The notes beneath the pieces were generated by a model. It saw only the letters and a list, made by a program, of their open reading frames with translations, searched no databases and had not been told where the DNA came from. Below, in pieces: positions 58,416 to 64,000 of a DNA stretch of 64,000 nucleotides (its first letter is position 1; every line of letters begins with the position of its first letter). The stretch is taken from contig CDMY01000387.1 of the NCBI GenBank assembly GCA_001179505.1, forward strand, positions 1-64,000, written 5' to 3'. The DNA comes from Vitrella brassicaformis CCMP3155. Lineage: Eukaryota > Protista > Chromerida. The position numbers and the translations under genes were made by a program.

Positions 58416-59644
58416 GCGGCCCGACCCACGGCAGACCAGACAGACAGGCAGTGAGTGAGTCCTTACTCTAGGCTGTCTGTGTCTGCCCGCCTGTCTGTGC
58501 GCTGCATGCGACTGACTGACATAGAGAGGAGAGAGAGGGCAGGAGAGATCTCTGCATGGCATGGCAGAGTCACTGAGTCACTGTCCTGTCCTCTTGCTGC
58601 TGCTGTGGGTTTGGTTTTCAGTTGCCTGATGCGCGGCTTTCACAAGAACCCTCTGTCTACCTGCCCATACTGACCTCCACAAGTATCCAGAGCCACGGGG
58701 CGATGTGGCCGAATAGGTCGTTTCGCGACGGAGAGAGGAGGGATGTTCATTGGAGGGATCAGCAGCTGACATACGGCTGCGCATCGTGTCGGTCGTATTT
58801 TGACGTGCCGAGAGAGATCGATTTTCGTGACACCTATCTATCTCGCGACTGCAGTACCGCCTTGTCTGTGTGTCGGTCGGTCTGTCTGTCTATCGGGTGT
58901 GCTCTCTCTCTACTTGATGATCGATCCAGTCGACCAAGTTGCTGCCTGCTTGCTGCCCGTATATCCCCAGCTGCATTCATTCATTAATATTTCTCTACAT
59001 GGTCCCTTCTGCATTGCATACCGCCTGTGTGCATACTTACGTATTTTCCATCCATCCGCACGGCACCTTCCCTGCAGTGCATAGGTCGTTCCGTGACAGA
59101 GCGCAAAATTGCCAACCAGCCAGCCAAAGAGATGAGTCGTGATTTTCGGTCGGTTCCGTTCTGTTGACTGACGCGACGCGACTGGCCGGCAGTTTGTCGG
59201 GCTGGTGCATCCGTATGTGTATGTATGACTCCATCCACCTACGACTGCATGTGCTGTGCGTGTGTGGCGACCTGCCTGCCTCTTTGACTCTTCCTTCCTC
59301 CATCCATCCGTTCACACGTTCAACGCGTTTATCAGCCGCCCTTAATGAAAAAACCCCACCCAGCCTGCACTTCCCACCCCACCCGTACGTGATGTGTCCA
59401 TCGACTTGACTTCTCTCTCAAGAGTCTGTCTGTACATTCACCGTCACACGATGCGAGGCGATGCAGCCCTCCACATGCACACTCCCTCACTCGCCATGCA
59501 GCTAAATGATGGATGCCCCACCCATCATTCACCGTCTACGACACTCCGACCCCCTTTGTCGGGCAGCAGAGCTAATCCAAGGCATTTATAGGTACAATAG
59601 GTCGCCTCACGTCGCCTCGCCCATCAGTCACGTCACGTCTCCGC

Positions 59645-62600
59645 CTACTCCTCCTCCATCGCATCATCCCCGCGCACCTCAGAGGCCACCCACATCGGAT
59701 GTGCGACGCCATGCACCGCAGCCAGGGCCTCCGTTGTCGCCCTCACGCCACTGTGCACGGCCCCGTGGACACACTGGTTGCCCGACACACTGATGTCAAA
59801 GACAGACACATCGGAAGGAAAAGGCGGATATATGACTCGGCGAGGCCTCAACAACACATATATGGCGCCGATCTCATCTGCCCTCCTCACTCATCTCACC
59901 TGGTGGCCTCGCCCGCGAAGAAGACGGCAGGTCGCGTGTCGACCCCGTTCTTGGAGTCGGGCTCCGGGTGAGCCGTGGCGAGCTCCTCAATGTGCTCGAG
60001 GCTGCCCCCCGGCCGATAGTAGCTGTAGGACCCCAGCGAGAAGACGTCCGTGTCCCACTGAGTCACCTCGACGTCGACCAGCAGCGACCGCAGCGACGAG
60101 ACGGACAGCCGGGTGTCGTTGGTTGCCATTGTGCTGAGGACCTCGAGGGCCTTGGTGACCGTCTGCTCTCTGTTGACGTTGAAGTGACCGAAGAGATGAC
60201 CTACCTGAATGAACAGGGAGAGCGAAGCATAGCACACAGAGACGAAGGTCACGACAGCCTCGTGTGTGTGTGTGTGTGTGTGTTGCGTGTGCGCTGCGCA
60301 CCAGTGTATTAGTCGCCTTGGTGGGGTCGAATGCGTGGAGGTTCATGAACTGCACGGACTCGTCAGGTGTGTTGAGGAACTGGGCGGTCTCGTCCCAGAA
60401 GCACTCCTTGAAGCGCAGTATCACCTTGTTGTGTCCCCCGCCGCCCAGCCGCCCACACGCCTCCCTCTTGGCCTCGCTGAGTGGTGGGTCGAAGACGATA
60501 CGCGAACGGGACGTGTTGCTGGGGTTGAGCACGCCCACGGGCACCGTGACGACCGCCTTGAGCGCACTATACACCTCCCCTGCCTCGGTCGTCACCTCCA
60601 CGTGGTGGGACCCCTCGACGATGCACACACGATTGACGGCAGTGTTGAGGGAGATGTTGTCCTGAAGATCGGCCGACTGGACGAGTAAGTCGGGCAGCCA
60701 GCTGTAGCCCCGCGTGTTCAGACGGTCACCGATGGTCAGCTGACATGATACACACACAGACAGACATGGTGGGTGGATTAGTGGCTGTCTGGCACATCGG
60801 ATCAACTTCTCACCTTGTGATCGAGATTGGAGTTCTTGAAGGGGTCGTAACTGCCTGCCTTGGCCCGCTTCTCCCTCCGCTTCTTCTCCCTGACCCGCCA
60901 GCCACTGCCGCTTGTCTTTCGCCTCTTGCTACTGGGGGTGACCGCCTCGCTGTCCCCGTCGTCCTGCCCGCCATCGCCGTCGTCCTCGCCCTCCCCACGC
61001 TCCCCTGTGTCGCCTCTCAGACGCGCAATATCGTCGCCCGTCAGCTTGAAGAGATCAAGCGTCGAGTAAGCCTCCAGGCCCTCCACGTCCATGCCCATGA
61101 AACCGTCAGACGACGATGACGACGCTGCCGAACCGCCAGCCTGGCCGACAGGTGCGTGGTGCTGGCCGTCGTAGAGCGAGAGGGGTGGTGTGGGGATGGG
61201 CAGGAAGCCCTGGCCCCTCTGGTAGCTTTTCATGTAGGCCGTGTCGGCCGACACACGCACCTTGAGGCGCCCCTCGTCCACCAGCCGATGGGGCCCATCC
61301 GGCAACCGCAGCTCACCCAGCTGGGCCAGCGAGGGCAGCAGCGCCAGGTCGGCCAAACTGCAGTTGTAGCCAAACATGCGCTGAGCGATCTTGCTGCCCA
61401 TCTGCCGAATCAGCGCCAGCTCCCTCTCGTCCCTCTCCGCCTGATCGGCCGCCAGTGATGCCGCCTGCTCACGGGCGCGGCTGGTCTTGCGCCGGTTGCG
61501 CTTCCTCTCGTCGGCCCGTCGCTGCTCCTCGCGCGCCTGTGCCTCGTCGTTGAGGGCGTGGTTGAGGGCAATGCCAAACCAGTCTTGGAAGGAGCTGCTG
61601 CCGGACGGTGGGAATGGGGGAAGGGCCGCCATGTGGGCGGGGAAGGGGCCTGGCGATGTGGTGGCTTGGTCCTCCTTGTGCTTCTGGGCCACCATGTGTG
61701 CCATCGCCCGCTCTATCAACAGAAGCGCCCTGAAACATCATTATTGGAAAGGGCGTCCACGCATGGACGGTCGGCCGTGGATGCATAGATCAGCTAATGA
61801 GTGTGGGTTACTTGATGATGACGGCCTGTGGAATCTGCCGTCCTTGCTCGTCATACCAGTTCGCAAACTCGGTCGGCTCCCACTTGCCGCCTGCATGACA
61901 TAGACAGACAGGGAGGGGAAACAGATGGTGTAGTTACTGCTGGTGGTGGTGGTGGTTGGTGGTGGTGAAACGACGAACAACAGCTGCGTCACTGTGTCGC
62001 TCACCCATCACAGCAGAAGTTTCGATGCCGAGTGCCGCCGCCAAATCCCAGGGATAGTGCGGATCTCCTGGTGCAACGTGCAGCCAGTTGGCGCCAAGAT
62101 CCACCTGCAGTGCACCACACAGACGGACAGAGACAGATGGGTGGGTGTCCTGTATGCACATGAGGCGGGCGGAGAAAAGGGAGTCGGAAAGCCTGTTGCG
62201 TTGCGGTTCACTCACCTTGGTCTCAGGCAGGCTGTCTTTGGCAGGGAGTGTCTTGGTGTGGATGCGGCCGCCAACCCTGAAGAAAGAACACGACACAACA
62301 CAACAAGGAAGGAAGGAAGGCACATACATACAAACATACAGACATGCGAACATCTATCAACTGGACGGACAAGTAAGTCGTCAATCGTTGCTTCGTTTCT
62401 CACCTGTCCCTTCCCTCCAAGACGATGACCCGATACCCCCGCCTCTTGAGCATAGCTGCAGCCGTCAGACCAGCAACTCCAGCACCCACAACGATAAAGT
62501 GTGCGTCGACACCGCCATCCCCACCACCACCCCGCACCAGCGGCGGCACATCGATGCCCTGCCTATCCAAGCCGGCCATGAAGTTAAGGACGTCGTCATT

Positions 62601-63299
62601 CTGGCACGACATGGGCTCGCGCGGCGGGCTACCTTGCCGCTTGCCGGACGGCTTGCATGCTGCGGGGGCTGGAGGCGATCGCCCTCTCTTCCGTGATGGC
62701 AGCAGCTCACCATCACCATCCTCATCGCCATGCCCACCTCTGCCGCCCCTCTCGCCCGGGTCACTGTCGCCCCCGCTCGAGTGATGCTTGGTGGGCGGCG
62801 TCTTGTGGCAGCCACGCTGAGGCCTTGACACTGCTATCCATCCCGTCGCATACGCCGGGTCGTCATATGGGAGATCCTCCTGCTGCTCCGTCTGCTCCCG
62901 GTCGGTCGTCTCCCTCATATTGACTGCACCAGGGGCGTCTTCGGGCCGAAACTGAGGAACAGGGGGAGAGATCTCCGGCGTGGCCAGTGCCGTCGTCATG
63001 GATGCCACCACTGCTGCCTCGTCTGCCGCGCCTTCGTCTTCTCTTGGCCGCCTGGTCGGACGGTCGGAGGGCGGACAGGTGCAGGGGGCCCTGTGGGACT
63101 GCTGACACGGGGAGGGCTGATGGTTGCTCGTGTTAGCGACGGGCGCGGCGGCTGAGCCCGATGAATTGATCAGATCATAGGACGAAGACGTGGTGATGGC
63201 AGCTGGTGGTTGATGAGTCGGCTCGACTGTCCTGTCTGCGGCCGCCTCCCCAGTGGCCTCCTGTGCCGCTTGTTCTGATGAAATGGGAGGGACGTCCAT
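59645..63299 (-). CDS. Flavin-containing amine oxidase (LSD1/KDM1 or polyamine oxidase-like) with disordered N-terminus and internal insertion
   Basis: IVVGAGVAGLTAA...LEGRDRVGGRI, VDLGANWLH, VVTVPVGVL, GGGHNKVILRF (catalytic Lys), GSYSY, FFAGEAT, VHGAVHSGVRA. The 3' end is uncertain. Confidence 0.88.
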
Positions 63300-63558
63300 C
63301 AGAGCAGGTCGTCCGTGCGGTCGTGTAGATAGCAGCCGGCAGTTTCGGCGTGTATTCCGTCTGAGTGATGCTATGATGTTACGAATGTTCTGCGGACGTC
63401 AAAGACTCAAGAACCGCTGCGAGCTTAGTTGTGGCGAGCTTGGGGGAGAGAGGAAAAGCCTGTTTTTCCTCTTCTCGCTTGAGATCAAGGCTCCGCAGCT
63501 GAAGATCTCTCTGCTGAGAGCGTTTGATTCATCGGTACCTTCCTTGACCTACTCCAAG

Positions 63559-64000
63559 ATGTTGGAGAGCAAGTATCTGGCAGACCTGAAGTCCAAGAAC
63601 GAGTCGGTTCGCGCCAAGGCCGCCAAGAACCTGCGGATCCATGTGGAGGCTGAGGCCAAGGAGATGTCCGGCGGCACCTTCACCAAGTTCATGGCCGACC
63701 TCAACAAGCGCATCTACGACCTCGTGAGCAGCCCGCACCAGGAGGACAAGATCGGCGGCATCATGGCCATCGACGAGCTCATCGATGTTCAGTGCGACGA
63801 GAATGAGACCAAAATCATCCGCTTCTCCAACTACCTCCGCATGATCTTCCAGCAGTGCTCCAGCGGACCTCTCGAGCACTCCATCTTGCCCAGGGCCACA
63901 CGCGCACTCGGCCACCTGGCACGAGCCGGCGGCACCATGACGGCAGACTTCGTAGAGTTTGAGCTGCGCAGGTCCCTCGAGTGTCTGCAGAGTGGTGGGG
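63559..64000 (+). CDS. TOR: Target of rapamycin kinase, N-terminal HEAT region (partial, runs off window)
   Basis: LADLKSKNESVRAKAAKNLRIHVEAEAKEMS...FMADLNKRIYDLVSS...KIGGIMAIDELID...KIIRFSNYLR...ALGHLARAGGTMTADFVEFE, the conserved TOR N-terminus. Confidence 0.92.
   Translation, partial: MLESKYLADLKSKNESVRAKAAKNLRIHVEAEAKEMSGGTFTKFMADLNKRIYDLVSSPHQEDKIGGIMAIDELIDVQCDENETKIIRFSNYLRMIFQQCSSGPLEHSILPRATRALGHLARAGGTMTADFVEFELRRSLECLQSGG

Noticed and set aside
58622-58987. ORF with coding-like stretch (CASCRSYF) between kinase and amine oxidase
   Set aside because: No consistent splice path or recognisable domain; could be UTR.
63529-63915. 128-aa minus-strand ORF
   Set aside because: Antisense shadow of the TOR coding sequence.

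Overview
This is eukaryotic, GC-rich, intron-dense nuclear DNA. Most introns are about 70-150 nt, with GTGAGT/GTAGGT/GTACGT donors, (TGTC)n/(GT)n-rich bodies and TGCAG acceptors. Intron style, bipartite plastid-targeting leaders and a MORN-SAM-TKL kinase suggest a chromerid alveolate such as Vitrella brassicaformis (inference). I rebuilt about 23 gene or gene-like models by hand-splicing: RRP43-like exosome subunit, PTB-like RRM protein, GH36 raffinose-synthase/SIP-type enzyme, 3xFAS1 fasciclin, mitochondrial HAD-IIA, S1-domain fusion protein, F-box/LRR-like protein, kinase pseudogene, telobox Myb protein, ZNF207/BuGZ, UBX protein, a secreted repeat/lectin-like protein, UCH-L3, squalene synthase, intronless ECT, MORN-SAM-TKL kinase, LSD1/PAO-like amine oxidase, the TOR 5' end, and several lineage-specific hypotheticals. 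The most notable observations are: (1) a plastid-targeted fusion of two S1 RNA-binding domains to an At1g16080-like Rossmann-fold domain of unknown function; (2) a secreted protein with three unnamed DRHxxxC repeats plus three H-type-lectin-like repeats; (3) UBX and UCH ubiquitin-system proteins with signal-peptide-like leaders (candidate SELMA/periplastid components); (4) a squalene synthase whose membrane anchor appears to be N-terminal; (5) an inverted captured fragment of the UCH gene; (6) a kinase frame interrupted only by TGA codons. No rRNA, tRNA, CRISPR array or intact transposon was seen. Family assignments come from recalled motifs, not database searches, and gene ends are best manual estimates.
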